Assembly (NCBI GenBank): GCA_937915925.1
Contig: CALGGM010000042.1
Location: forward strand, 21,791 to 85,790
Length of the DNA: 64,000 bases
Reading direction: 5' to 3'
Source: an uncultured Clostridia bacterium
GTDB lineage: Bacteria; Bacillota; Clostridia; Christensenellales; CAG-138
The notes under the pieces are model-generated. The model did no database searches. It saw only the letters and a program-made list of their open reading frames with translations, and was not told the DNA's origin. A program made the position numbers and the translations under genes. Position 1 is the first letter of the stretch, and every line of letters begins with the position of its first letter. Below are positions 45,908 through 54,291 of the stretch, piece after piece.

Positions 45908-46405
45908 ATGGAAACGACCCCGATCACCGTACCGCAGGCGGATACGAACGAAAAGCTCATGCAGATGTTTGAGGAGCTTCGCACCTACGAAAAAAAGAAT
46001 CTGCGCATCAACCGCATCCGGATGCTGTGCTCCGGCTTAGGCTTGCTGATCCTGATCGTCGCGCTGATCATCGGTCTGTCTTATGTGGGAACGGTGGTGT
46101 CCAAGGTCAACGATGTGTCCAAGATCGCGATCGTGACCGTGAACAACATCAATACGATCGCGGAACAGATCACCAAGGTCGATCTTGAAAAGCTTGGCAA
46201 GTCTTTGCAGAGCATTGCGGACATGGGCGAGGTGACCTTGCGGCAGGTGAGCACCGCGACGGAAGGGCTGGACGAGCTTGTGAAGGACGCGGACGAAGCG
46301 ATGCAGCACATCAACAGCGTGAACTTTCAGGATCTGAACAACGGAATTAAAGAGCTGAACGACGTACTGGAGCCGATCGCAAAGTTTTTCAATGTGTTCC
46401 GCTGA
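45908..46405 (+). CDS. Hypothetical membrane-anchored coiled-coil protein
   Basis: RBS AAGGAG. One TM segment (LCSGLGLLILIVALIIGLSYV) followed by a helical, low-GC region. I recognise no family. Confidence 0.6.
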   Translation: METTPITVPQADTNEKLMQMFEELRTYEKKNLRINRIRMLCSGLGLLILIVALIIGLSYVGTVVSKVNDVSKIAIVTVNNINTIAEQITKVDLEKLGKSLQSIADMGEVTLRQVSTATEGLDELVKDADEAMQHINSVNFQDLNNGIKELNDVLEPIAKFFNVFR

Positions 46406-46438
46406 TCGAAAAAGATTTTGAAAAAACAAAAAAAGTTG

Positions 46439-46467
46439 TTGACATTTTCCGCAGAATGTAGTATTCT
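46439..46467 (+). promoter_or_regulatory. Strong sigma-A promoter for the tRNA cluster
   Basis: A-rich UP-like tract, then TTGACA, a 17-nt spacer and TATTCT, ~30 nt upstream of tRNA-Pro. Confidence 0.7.
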
Positions 46468-46497
46468 AATCAAGCCGTTTGAAGTTCGTGTGAGTTT

Positions 46498-46574
46498 CGG
46501 GGTGTAGCGCAGTCCGGTAGCGCACGTGCTTTGGGAGCATGGGGCCGGAGGTTCAAATCCTCTCACCCCGACCA
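46498..46574 (+). tRNA. tRNA-Pro (TGG)
   Basis: Manual cloverleaf: acceptor cggggtg/caccccg, anticodon loop tTTGGga, T-loop ttcaaat, CCA encoded. Confidence 0.93.
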
Positions 46575-46590
46575 AAACGGCTTGATGCGT

Positions 46591-46665
46591 GGTCCCGTGG
46601 TCAAGTGGTTAAGACACCGCCCTTTCACGGCGGCTACAGGAGTTCGAATCTCCTCGGGATCACCA
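46591..46665 (+). tRNA. tRNA-Glu (TTC)
   Basis: Acceptor ggtcccg/cgggatc (one G-U pair), anticodon loop cTTTCac, T-loop ttcgaat, CCA encoded. Confidence 0.93.
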
Positions 46666-46683
46666 TTTTCCTTCAGGAAACAA

Positions 46684-46760
46684 GGGCCTTTAGCTCAGTT
46701 GGTCAGAGCGGTCGGCTCATAACCGATTGGTCCGGGGTTCAAGTCCCTGAAGGCCCACCA
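46684..46760 (+). tRNA. tRNA with CAT anticodon (elongator Met, or Ile2 if lysidine-modified)
   Basis: Acceptor gggcctt/aaggccc with a paired 1:72, anticodon loop cTCATaa and no GGG/CCC anticodon stem. It is therefore not an initiator. Confidence 0.9.
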
Positions 46761-46765
46761 AGAGT

Positions 46766-46842
46766 GGCCCGGTAGTTCAGTTGGTTAGAATGCCAGCCTG
46801 TCACGCTGGAGGTCAGGGGTTCGAGCCCCCTTCGGGTCGCCA
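46766..46842 (+). tRNA. tRNA-Asp (GTC)
   Basis: Anticodon arm ccagc-cTGTCac-gctgg, T-loop ttcgagc, discriminator G, CCA encoded. Confidence 0.93.
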
Positions 46843-46850
46843 CTTTTTCT

Positions 46851-46925
46851 GCCGGCGTAGCTCAATGGCAGAGCAACTGATTTGTAATCAGTAGGTTGTT
46901 GGTTCGACTCCGATCGCCGGCTCCA
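46851..46925 (+). tRNA. tRNA-Thr (TGT)
   Basis: Acceptor gccggcg/cgccggc, anticodon arm actga-tTTGTaa-tcagt, CCA encoded. Confidence 0.93.
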
Positions 46926-46958
46926 ACACGACTTTGATAACTGAATACGGTATTTCGT

Positions 46959-47043
<85 letters not shown>

Positions 47044-47049
47044 CAATAC

Positions 47050-47136
47050 GCGGGAATGGCGGAATTGGCAGACGCGCACGGTTCAGGTCCGTGTGAAAGC
47101 AATTTCATGCAGGTTCAAGTCCTGTTTCCCGCACCA
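47050..47136 (+). tRNA. tRNA-Leu (CAG), long variable arm
   Basis: Acceptor gcgggaa/ttcccgc, anticodon arm cacgg-tTCAGgt-ccgtg, class II variable arm, CCA encoded. Confidence 0.93.
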
Positions 47137-47139
47137 ACA

Positions 47140-47179
47140 AAAACGCCTCTTTTGTCTATCAGATAAAAGGGGCGTTTTT
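47140..47179 (+). terminator. Rho-independent terminator of the tRNA cluster
   Basis: aaaacgcctctttt / aaaaggggcgtttt, a 14-bp stem ending in a T-run. Confidence 0.75.
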
Positions 47180-47274
47180 GAACGATGTCGACTACGGCAA
47201 TTGAAAGTGGCAAGCATCACTTTACGCCCTCAACTGTCGTATTTTACAGATGCTTTTGGTTTTCGGAGAACGAT

Positions 47275-48633
47275 ATGGAAAGAGAAATCAATTTTACAAA
47301 CGGAAAGATTCTGTCGCCGCTGATCAAGTTTATGCTGCCAGTGTTCTTTGCGATGCTGCTGCAGGCGATGTACGGCGCGGTCGATCTGTTGATCGTCGGG
47401 CAGTTTGCACAGTCGCTGGACGTTTCGGCGGTTTCGACCGGTTCGCAGATGATGATGACGATCACAAACCTCGTCACAAGCTTTGCCATGGGCACGACGA
47501 TCCTGCTGGCGCAGCGTATCGGCGAGGGCCGCGGCAAGGAAGGCGGGGAAGTGGTCGGCAGCAGCATCTGTCTGTTCGGCGTGATCGCGCTCACGTTTAC
47601 GGGACTTTTGCCGCTGCTCGCGGGTCCTTTGAGCAGCGTCATGAACGCGCCGGAGGAAGCGTTCGACGCGACGGTCTCCTATATCCGTATCTGCGGATTC
47701 GGCTCCGTCTTCATCATTGCGTATAATCTGATCGGCAGTATCTTCCGCGGGATCGGCGATTCGAAAACTCCGCTTATCACCGTATTGATCGCATGCGTGT
47801 GCAATATCGCGGGCGATCTGCTGCTCGTCGCCGTGTTCCACATGGGAACCGCAGGCGCGGCGATCGCAACCGTTGCAGCGCAGGCGATCAGCGTTGTGAT
47901 CTCACTTCTGATCCTGCGCAAACGCACGCTGCCGTTTTCGTTCGAGCGGAAGGACATTCGCTTCCGAGGAGGCATCATCCGTCGCGTGACCGCGCTGGGA
48001 CTTCCGATCGCGCTGCAGGATCTGCTTGTAGGAATTTCATTCCTCGTGCTGCTTGCAATCGTGAACGATCTCGGGCTGACGCCGTCCGCGGGGGTCGGCG
48101 TTGCGGAGCGCGTGTGCGGATTCATCATGCTGATTCCCGCGGCGTTCATGCAGGCGATGGCGGCTTTTGCGGCACAGAACATCGGAGCGGGGAAGTACGA
48201 CCGCGCAAAACGCGCGCTGTGGTACGCCGTCGGCGTCTCGACCGCGCTTGCCGTCGTCATGTTTGCCGTTACGTTCTGGCGCGGCGATCTGCTTGCCGGT
48301 ATCTTCTCGAACGATCCGACGGTCATTGCGGCGGGTGCGGACTATCTCAAGGCGTACGCAATCGACTGCCTTTTGACGTGCTTCCTGTTCTGCTTCATCG
48401 GGTTCTTCAACGGGCTCGGCATGACGCGGTTTGTGATGGTGCAGGGCATCGTCGGCGCGTTTCTCGTGCGTATTCCGGTAGCGTTTCTCATGAGCCGCGA
48501 AATCCCGGTGTCCATGTTCCATATCGGGCTCGCCACGCCGTGCTCCACGGTGCTGCAGGTTGCCATGTGCCTGATCTGCTTTGCGATCGTCAACAAAAAA
48601 TACAGGCGAACCATGCCGCCTGTACAGGATTAA
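47275..48633 (+). CDS. MATE family efflux transporter
   Basis: 12-TM protein with ILSPLIKFMLPVFFAMLLQAMYGAVDLLIVGQF, typical of a MATE N-terminus. I chose the ATG at 47275 because of the GGAGAA RBS. Confidence 0.9.
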   Translation: MEREINFTNGKILSPLIKFMLPVFFAMLLQAMYGAVDLLIVGQFAQSLDVSAVSTGSQMMMTITNLVTSFAMGTTILLAQRIGEGRGKEGGEVVGSSICLFGVIALTFTGLLPLLAGPLSSVMNAPEEAFDATVSYIRICGFGSVFIIAYNLIGSIFRGIGDSKTPLITVLIACVCNIAGDLLLVAVFHMGTAGAAIATVAAQAISVVISLLILRKRTLPFSFERKDIRFRGGIIRRVTALGLPIALQDLLVGISFLVLLAIVNDLGLTPSAGVGVAERVCGFIMLIPAAFMQAMAAFAAQNIGAGKYDRAKRALWYAVGVSTALAVVMFAVTFWRGDLLAGIFSNDPTVIAAGADYLKAYAIDCLLTCFLFCFIGFFNGLGMTRFVMVQGIVGAFLVRIPVAFLMSREIPVSMFHIGLATPCSTVLQVAMCLICFAIVNKKYRRTMPPVQD

Positions 48634-48641
48634 AAAATGAA

Positions 48642-48664
48642 TCCCTTTCCTGCGCGGAAAGAGA
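48642..48664. terminator. Possible bidirectional terminator between convergent MATE and gtrA genes
   Basis: ctttcc / ggaaag stem with a 5-nt loop, flanked by A-rich and T-rich tracts. The stem is short. Confidence 0.4.
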
Positions 48665-48671
48665 TTATTTA

Positions 48672-49121
48672 TTACACCTCGGGTTCGGACGTCTCGACGT
48701 CCTTCTGCGCATCCTTCGCTGCAAGATCGTTGGTATCGATCGAATTGCGGAAGACCACGAAGCGCTGGTACGGAAACTCCGTCGCAAGGTTCAGGAGCAT
48801 ATTGATGATCGTAACGAGGTATTCGTTCCAGCCGAGCTTCGTCGTCAGATAGTGCTCTAAAAGCGTTGAGAGCGGCGTAAAGACGCAATAGTACGCGAAG
48901 ACGAGCAGCATTGCCTTCGGCACGTTCGACGCGCTTTTGAACGTGTAGCGGCGGTTGATCGTGAAGTTCCAAAGCACGGACAGAACAAGCGCGATGAGAT
49001 AGCTCACCCAGTAGTTCCAGTGCAGCAGCTCGTTCATCAGCGTAAAGCTGCCGAACTCGATGAGACCCGCGGAAGCGGCGATCAGTATGTATTTGACGGT
49101 TCGTAAGAATTCTTTATGCAT
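48672..49121 (-). CDS. GtrA family membrane protein
   Basis: VKYILIAASAGLIEFGSFTLM...NFTINRRYTFKS, typical of GtrA. I chose the ATG at 49121 (GAGG 9 nt upstream). It overlaps the upstream stop by 8 nt. Confidence 0.85.
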   Translation of the reverse strand: MHKEFLRTVKYILIAASAGLIEFGSFTLMNELLHWNYWVSYLIALVLSVLWNFTINRRYTFKSASNVPKAMLLVFAYYCVFTPLSTLLEHYLTTKLGWNEYLVTIINMLLNLATEFPYQRFVVFRNSIDTNDLAAKDAQKDVETSEPEV

Positions 49122-49398
49122 GGTTTTCATCCTCAAACTGGCTCTTGAAATTGGGAGCGAGATAGCCGTCCGGCTCGCCTTCGATCGGGTCTTCGCCCTT
49201 ATGATAATCCGACGTATGGATCAGTTTGCGCCACTGATACGGCGAGATCGGGTTTTCCTTCAGCTCCTTCGCGTATGCGGCGGTCGTATGCCATACCTGA
49301 CGGCAGTTGGAACAGCGTACGATCCAGTCCCGTCCGGAGATCTTGATGACGCTCCAGTTTTCCACGTTCGGGCTCACACATTGACATTTATAGACCAT
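49114..49398 (-). CDS. Hypothetical small zinc-ribbon-like protein (CxC...CxxC)
   Basis: Perfect AAGGAG RBS 6 nt upstream of the ATG. It carries KCQC at residues 4-7 and CSNC at residues 29-32, and has an acidic C-terminus. I recognise no family. Confidence 0.65.
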   Translation of the reverse strand: MVYKCQCVSPNVENWSVIKISGRDWIVRCSNCRQVWHTTAAYAKELKENPISPYQWRKLIHTSDYHKGEDPIEGEPDGYLAPNFKSQFEDENHA

Positions 49399-49409
49399 AA
49401 TGACTCCTT

Positions 49410-50186
49410 TTACGAGATGTCGGTTTGTTTGCAGATCGGATAGATCGTATTGTTGTATTCCTCCAACGTCATCGAGTTGCAGATCGAATTCGTGCCGTAG
49501 AGAAATACGCGATCGTATTGATAGCTGTAGGCGGCGTTCTTCGAGAGGATCAGCTGATCACGCACGTCGATCTCAAGCCGCGAGCCGATCTGCTCGATCA
49601 TTTTTGCGGTCTCGATATCGTCGGACGACGGGATCAGGATGCCGGACGGATGGTTGTGTGTCAGGATCAGGAAACGCGCTTTGTGCATCAGCGCGGTCTC
49701 GATCACGCGGCGCGGTTCAAAGCTGACATGCGACAGCGTTCCGACCTGAAGCGCCTCCGTATGAAGGACATTCATGCTTGCGTCAAGACAGATGATGCGA
49801 AGCGTTTCGTAGCGGTCGCCCATGCCGAGCGCGATCGCATAGCGGCATGCCGCCTCCGGATTCTCAAGCCGCGCGGGACCGTTCAGGTTTCCTGCGGATT
49901 CCAACGCAAGCCTGCGGTGCAGATCGTAGAGGGAATGCAGATACAGCGCCGTTCTGTCGCCGACACCTTCCACGTCGGCAAGCCGAAGCGGGTCTGCCTC
50001 GAGAACGCCGGTCAGAGAACCGAACGTGTTCAACAGCCTGTGCGAAAGCTCGTTGACGTCCCTGCGCGGGATCACGTATGTGAGAAGCATCTCAAGCACA
50101 ACATGATCCGCCATTCCGTTCATGCCCTGCTTTCGGTATGCTTCCCGGAGCCGATTCCGGTGACCTTCGTGCACATTATCGCTCAT
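49410..50186 (-). CDS. radC: RadC-like JAB (JAMM) domain protein
   Basis: N-terminal HEGHRNRLRE plus an HhH-like segment, and a C-terminal LTHNHPSGILIPSSDD JAMM motif. Confidence 0.88.
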   Translation of the reverse strand: MSDNVHEGHRNRLREAYRKQGMNGMADHVVLEMLLTYVIPRRDVNELSHRLLNTFGSLTGVLEADPLRLADVEGVGDRTALYLHSLYDLHRRLALESAGNLNGPARLENPEAACRYAIALGMGDRYETLRIICLDASMNVLHTEALQVGTLSHVSFEPRRVIETALMHKARFLILTHNHPSGILIPSSDDIETAKMIEQIGSRLEIDVRDQLILSKNAAYSYQYDRVFLYGTNSICNSMTLEEYNNTIYPICKQTDIS

Positions 50187-50334
50187 GCTTTTATTTTACC
50201 TTTCTTGACAGAATTCGTCAATCACAGAGTGCAAAACGGTTTCTCCACGGATGCACCGTTCTTACAACTATTTATTATAACACGGTAAATCATACAAAAG
50301 TCCGTTAAGTTTTGAAAATTTTCGATATAATTTA

Positions 50335-50369
50335 CAAAAAAAGGAAAGAGCATGGATAAATGCCCTTTC
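50335..50369 (-). terminator. Rho-independent terminator after the PLP-enzyme gene
   Basis: On the minus strand: ggaaagggcat / atgctctttcc (11 bp, one G-U pair, 6-nt loop) followed by TTTTTT. Confidence 0.8.
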
Positions 50370-50395
50370 CGTACATCCCCTCAAAGGGGGACAAC

Positions 50396-51871
50396 TTACA
50401 GATTCTTGAGAAGACCGGTCGCCTCGTTGAACTCGTTGATGAGCGCGTCGATCTCGTCGACCTGCGCGTGCATGTCGGTCCAGTAGTGCTTGTCATACCA
50501 CTGCGCGTTGAGCTCCTTGACGTCCTTTCCCTGCTGCTCGACCCAGGTGTAATACTTGAGGTTGTGGACGCGCTTGCGGGTCTCGTAGGTGAGCTCTTCC
50601 ATCGTGTCGGTGCGTACACCGTGCAGATGCTCCGCCCAGTCCGCCGCAGCCTTCGCTTCGGTGTATACGCCGTCCGCTTCTTCAAGCTCGCGGATGCGGC
50701 TCTGATACATCTCGGCGGAGTCGGTGCCGACGGTTGCGAGGATGTCGTGCTCGTCCAGCTCGTAGTACTTCGCCATCTTGATGCAGCAGAGCATGTTCGC
50801 AATGCCGGAGATGCCGAGAAGAGAGAGCTTTTCGACGGTCTCTTCCGGAACGCCGACGACCTCTTTGAGGTACTTCAGACCGACCGGATCGTTGAAGAGA
50901 CGGAGGAGCTTCTGGCTGTCCTCATCGTCAATGGCGATGACCATGTCGGTGTTCTTGACGTTGTGGATCCACGGGACATGCTTGTCCCCGATGCCCTCGA
51001 TGCGGTGACCGCCGAAGCCGTTGTTCAGAAGCGTCGGGCACTGCAGCGCTTCGCCGACGGCGAGCTTCGCGTCCGGATACTGCTCCTTTAGGTAATCGCC
51101 TGCGCTCATCGTACCTGCGGAACCGCTGGTGAACGCCGCGCCCGCGAAACGGTCGTCCTTGCCGCGGATGCTTTCGACCGCTTCATAGATCGCTCTGCCG
51201 GTGACATTGTAATGCCAGAGCGGATTACCCATTTCCTCAAACTGGTTGAAGATCATCATCGTGGGATCCTGCCGGAGCTCCCATGTCTTGTCGAAGATTT
51301 CCTTGACGTTGGACTCGCAGCCCGGGGTAGCGATGACCTGACCCGCGATCTTCGAGAGCCATTCGAAGCGTTCTTTCGACATTTCCGCAGGAAGGATTGC
51401 GACGGAATCGCATGCCAAAAGCTTCGAGTTGAACGCGCCGCCGCGGCAGTAGTTGCCGGTGGAGGGCCATACCGCGTGATGGTAGGTCGGGTCGAACTGA
51501 CCGGTCACGAGACGCGGCACGAGGCAGCCGAAGGAAGCGCCGACCTTGTGGCAGCCGGTGGGGAACCACTTGCCGGTCAGAAGGACGATGCGTGCTTTGA
51601 CGCCGGTCAGCGAGGAAGGCAGCTCGATAAAGTTGACGTCGCCGTATTTGCCGTCGCCACCCTTTTCAACGGGGTTGTTCTTCCACGTGATGCGGAACAG
51701 ATTCAGCGGGTTCACGTCCCAAAGCCCGACGTTTGTCAGCTTGTCCTGGATCTTTTCGGGGATCTTTTTCGGATCCTCCATCTGTGCAAATGTAGGAATA
51801 ATGATGTTCTTCTCTTTCGCGCGTTCGATCGAACGGTTCAGGTTCTCGCGATGCATGGTCAGATCGATCAT
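50396..51871 (-). CDS. Atypically long PLP-dependent enzyme, fold type II (cysteine synthase / Trp-synthase-beta-like)
   Basis: FPTGCHKVGASFG (candidate PLP-Lys) and WPSTGNYCRGGAF...ILPAEMSKERFEWL align by eye with cysteine-synthase blocks (NPxGSxKDR; EPTSGNTG...MPxxMSxER). There are extra N-terminal and ~120-aa C-terminal regions. I chose the ATG at 51871 (AAGGAG RBS). Confidence 0.7.
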   Translation of the reverse strand: MIDLTMHRENLNRSIERAKEKNIIIPTFAQMEDPKKIPEKIQDKLTNVGLWDVNPLNLFRITWKNNPVEKGGDGKYGDVNFIELPSSLTGVKARIVLLTGKWFPTGCHKVGASFGCLVPRLVTGQFDPTYHHAVWPSTGNYCRGGAFNSKLLACDSVAILPAEMSKERFEWLSKIAGQVIATPGCESNVKEIFDKTWELRQDPTMMIFNQFEEMGNPLWHYNVTGRAIYEAVESIRGKDDRFAGAAFTSGSAGTMSAGDYLKEQYPDAKLAVGEALQCPTLLNNGFGGHRIEGIGDKHVPWIHNVKNTDMVIAIDDEDSQKLLRLFNDPVGLKYLKEVVGVPEETVEKLSLLGISGIANMLCCIKMAKYYELDEHDILATVGTDSAEMYQSRIRELEEADGVYTEAKAAADWAEHLHGVRTDTMEELTYETRKRVHNLKYYTWVEQQGKDVKELNAQWYDKHYWTDMHAQVDEIDALINEFNEATGLLKNL

Positions 51872-51961
51872 ATGAATTCTCCTTATCGTCAAATTGGTCG
51901 GCGGATCGACCGCTTAAAACCATCTATATCATACACGTTTTTCATTTGTTTGTAAACAGAA

Positions 51962-51975
51962 AAACGGAACCGTTT
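51962..51975. promoter_or_regulatory. 14-bp palindrome AAACGGAACCGTTT (candidate operator) in a divergent promoter region
   Basis: Perfect inverted repeat AAACGG-AA-CCGTTT between the PLP-enzyme gene (-) and the sugar-phosphate isomerase/pgi operon (+). A 5-2-5 repeat, TGTTTgtAAACA, lies adjacent. Confidence 0.35.
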
Positions 51976-52056
51976 CAAAATATTTTTTGCTCACCAAATT
52001 AATTTTTGTCTTCCTATCTTGACAAAAGAATGGTACAATCATATTCGGAGGACAAG

Positions 52057-52863
52057 ATGGTCGTTACAGGAATCTCAACCGCAAGCTTTTTCGATACGCT
52101 GATGCTGGAGGATGCACCCGCGCTGCTTCGGCGTTGGGGCGTGCGCAACGCGGAGTATTATCTGAACAGCTACTGCGAGTACGATCCCGCGTTTATCGAC
52201 CGCCTTGCCGGGGTGACGGAGGACGCCGGGATCAACGTGGTCAGCGTACATCCGATGAGCCTGCAGTACGAACCGCTTCTTTTCACGCCGCATCCGAGAC
52301 AGAGCGCGGACGCGCTGAAGGCGTACGAAATGGTGCTTCGCGCGGGCGAGCGGCTCAAAGCAGATCATTATGTGATGCACGGTCCGGTGGTGCTGAACGG
52401 CGTTGCGAAGAACCTGCAGTTTGGCAGGCTTGCGCCGATCTTCGACCGTCTGTCCGACATGGCGGAGGATCACGGCATGCATCTGACGCTCGAAAACGTC
52501 AGCTACAGCATCATGCCGACGCCGGAGATCGGGCTGACCCTGCGTGCGCTGTTAAAGCGTCCGCTTTATCATACGCTTGACGTCAAGCAGGCGATCCGCG
52601 CGGGCGTCGACCCGCTGGCGTTTGTCGAAGCGTTCGGAGAGCATATCATCGCCGTGCATGCATGCGACTGCGACCGCCGCGGCGAGAAGCCGCTTTACTG
52701 CCTCCCGCCCCGCGGCGGGTACGATTTCAAGGGACTTGTCGACGCGCTGAAGAAAAAAGGCTTTGCCGGCGCGTTTCTGCTTGAAGCATACAGCGACATG
52801 TTCCGCACAAAAGAGGAGCTATTTGACGCATACGTTGCGTTGGATCATATGATCAATTCTTAA
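52057..52863 (+). CDS. Sugar phosphate isomerase/epimerase (xylose isomerase-like TIM barrel)
   Basis: HYVMHG, LTLENV and AVHACD blocks are typical of the AP_endonuc_2 / TIM-barrel family. RBS GGAGGA. Confidence 0.8.
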   Translation: MVVTGISTASFFDTLMLEDAPALLRRWGVRNAEYYLNSYCEYDPAFIDRLAGVTEDAGINVVSVHPMSLQYEPLLFTPHPRQSADALKAYEMVLRAGERLKADHYVMHGPVVLNGVAKNLQFGRLAPIFDRLSDMAEDHGMHLTLENVSYSIMPTPEIGLTLRALLKRPLYHTLDVKQAIRAGVDPLAFVEAFGEHIIAVHACDCDRRGEKPLYCLPPRGGYDFKGLVDALKKKGFAGAFLLEAYSDMFRTKEELFDAYVALDHMINS

Positions 52864-52875
52864 GGAGGTACCAAT

Positions 52876-54291
52876 ATGGAACAAAAGACTTTCGACCGTG
52901 AAGCGATGCGCATTCGGATCGACTACAACAACATGATGCAGGAGACGCTCGGCGCGCGCGGACTTACGAAGGACGAGCTTCTTGCGCTGCCGCTCGAAAC
53001 CGCGGTGCAGGCAATGAAGACGAAGCGCGGCAGCATGAAGTGGCGCGAGCTTCCGCATAACCAGGACGAGATCGTGAAAGAGATCGAAGCGGTCGCGAAG
53101 GACGTCCGCGAACGGTTCGATAACTTCGTCGTGCTCGGCATCGGCGGAAGCGCGCTGGGTCCGATCGCGGTGCAGCAGGCGCTGTCGCATCTGCACTATA
53201 ACGATCTGCCCAAGGAAAAGCGCAACGGCCCGCGCCTTTATGTCGAGGACAACGTGGACCCGGAGCGCATGAATGCGCTGCTCGACGTCATCGATGTGAA
53301 CAAGACCTGCTTCAACGTCATCACCAAATCCGGCAGCACGTCGGAAACGATGTCGCAGCTTCTGATCGTCACGGATATTCTGCATAAGGCGCTCGGCGAG
53401 GACATCTCGACGCACCTGATCGCGACGACCGATCACGAGAAGGGCAACCTGATCAAGATCGCAAAGCGCGAAAACCTCACCACGTTCTACGTACCGGACG
53501 GCGTCGGCGGACGCTTCTCTGAGCTTTGCCCGGTCGGTCTCGTCGCGGCGGCGGTCTGCGGCATCGACATCCGCGCGCTGCTTGCGGGCGCTGCGTACAT
53601 GGACGAGCTGACGCAGAACGAGAACGTGTTCGAGAACCCGGCGTATCTGATGGCGGCGCTGCAGGTTGCGGCGATGAAGCGCGGCGCGAACATCCATGTG
53701 CTGATGCCGTATGCGGATTCTCTGAAATATATCGCGGACTGGTATGCGCAGCTTTGGGCGGAATCGCTCGGCAAGCGCGTCGGAAACGACGGCACGGAGA
53801 TCTATGCCGGACAGACGCCGGTCAAATCGCTCGGCGTGACCGATCAGCATTCGCAGGTACAGCTCTACACCGAGGGACCGTTCGACAAGGTCGTGACGTT
53901 CCTGTCCGTCGATAAGTACAGAAAGACCATGCCGATCCCGGAGGGATATCTCGACATTCCGGACGTTTCGTTCCTTTGCGGACACACGCAGAACGAGCTG
54001 ATCGCCGCGGAGGAAGCAGCGACCGAGTACGCGATCATGAAGAGCGGTCATCTGAACTACGCGATCCGCATGCCGGAAGTCAACGCGTTTACCGTGGGCG
54101 AGCTTCTGTATCTGTTCGAGGTGCAGACCGCGTTTGCGGGCGAGCTCCTTTCGCTGAACGCATTCGATCAGCCCGGCGTGGAAGAGGGCAAGAAGGCGAC
54201 CTATGCGCTTTTGGGCAAGCCCGGGTTTGCGGAGAAGAAGGCGGAGCTCGACGCGGCTCCCGCGAAGCTTGACGCGTATATCGTGAAATGA
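52876..54291 (+). CDS. pgi: Glucose-6-phosphate isomerase (short bacterial/archaeal type)
   Basis: VVLGIGGSALGP, ITKSGSTSET and GGRFSELC blocks. RBS AAGGAGG. Confidence 0.92.
   Translation: MEQKTFDREAMRIRIDYNNMMQETLGARGLTKDELLALPLETAVQAMKTKRGSMKWRELPHNQDEIVKEIEAVAKDVRERFDNFVVLGIGGSALGPIAVQQALSHLHYNDLPKEKRNGPRLYVEDNVDPERMNALLDVIDVNKTCFNVITKSGSTSETMSQLLIVTDILHKALGEDISTHLIATTDHEKGNLIKIAKRENLTTFYVPDGVGGRFSELCPVGLVAAAVCGIDIRALLAGAAYMDELTQNENVFENPAYLMAALQVAAMKRGANIHVLMPYADSLKYIADWYAQLWAESLGKRVGNDGTEIYAGQTPVKSLGVTDQHSQVQLYTEGPFDKVVTFLSVDKYRKTMPIPEGYLDIPDVSFLCGHTQNELIAAEEAATEYAIMKSGHLNYAIRMPEVNAFTVGELLYLFEVQTAFAGELLSLNAFDQPGVEEGKKATYALLGKPGFAEKKAELDAAPAKLDAYIVK

Noticed and set aside
43111-45984. 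957-aa ORF on the minus strand, antisense to valS. Similar long antisense ORFs occur at 6442-7623, 9150-10370, 22341-23420, 29028-30242, 39688-40809, 40989-42449, 50360-51091 and 62424-63554.
   Set aside because: These are Arg/Pro/His-rich, low-complexity translations opposite genes with unambiguous homology. Long stop-free antisense frames are expected in GC3-rich DNA, and none has an RBS or any recognisable motif.
47185-47274. Upstream extension of the MATE ORF, and similar N-terminal ORF-track extensions at 3062, 3421, 7113, 9624, 24823, 25272, 27433, 38611, 41037, 52006, 55397 and 29298.
   Set aside because: In each case an internal start has a good RBS and/or a stop-start overlap with the upstream gene, and it yields the family-typical N-terminus. 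The extensions overlap upstream genes or terminators.
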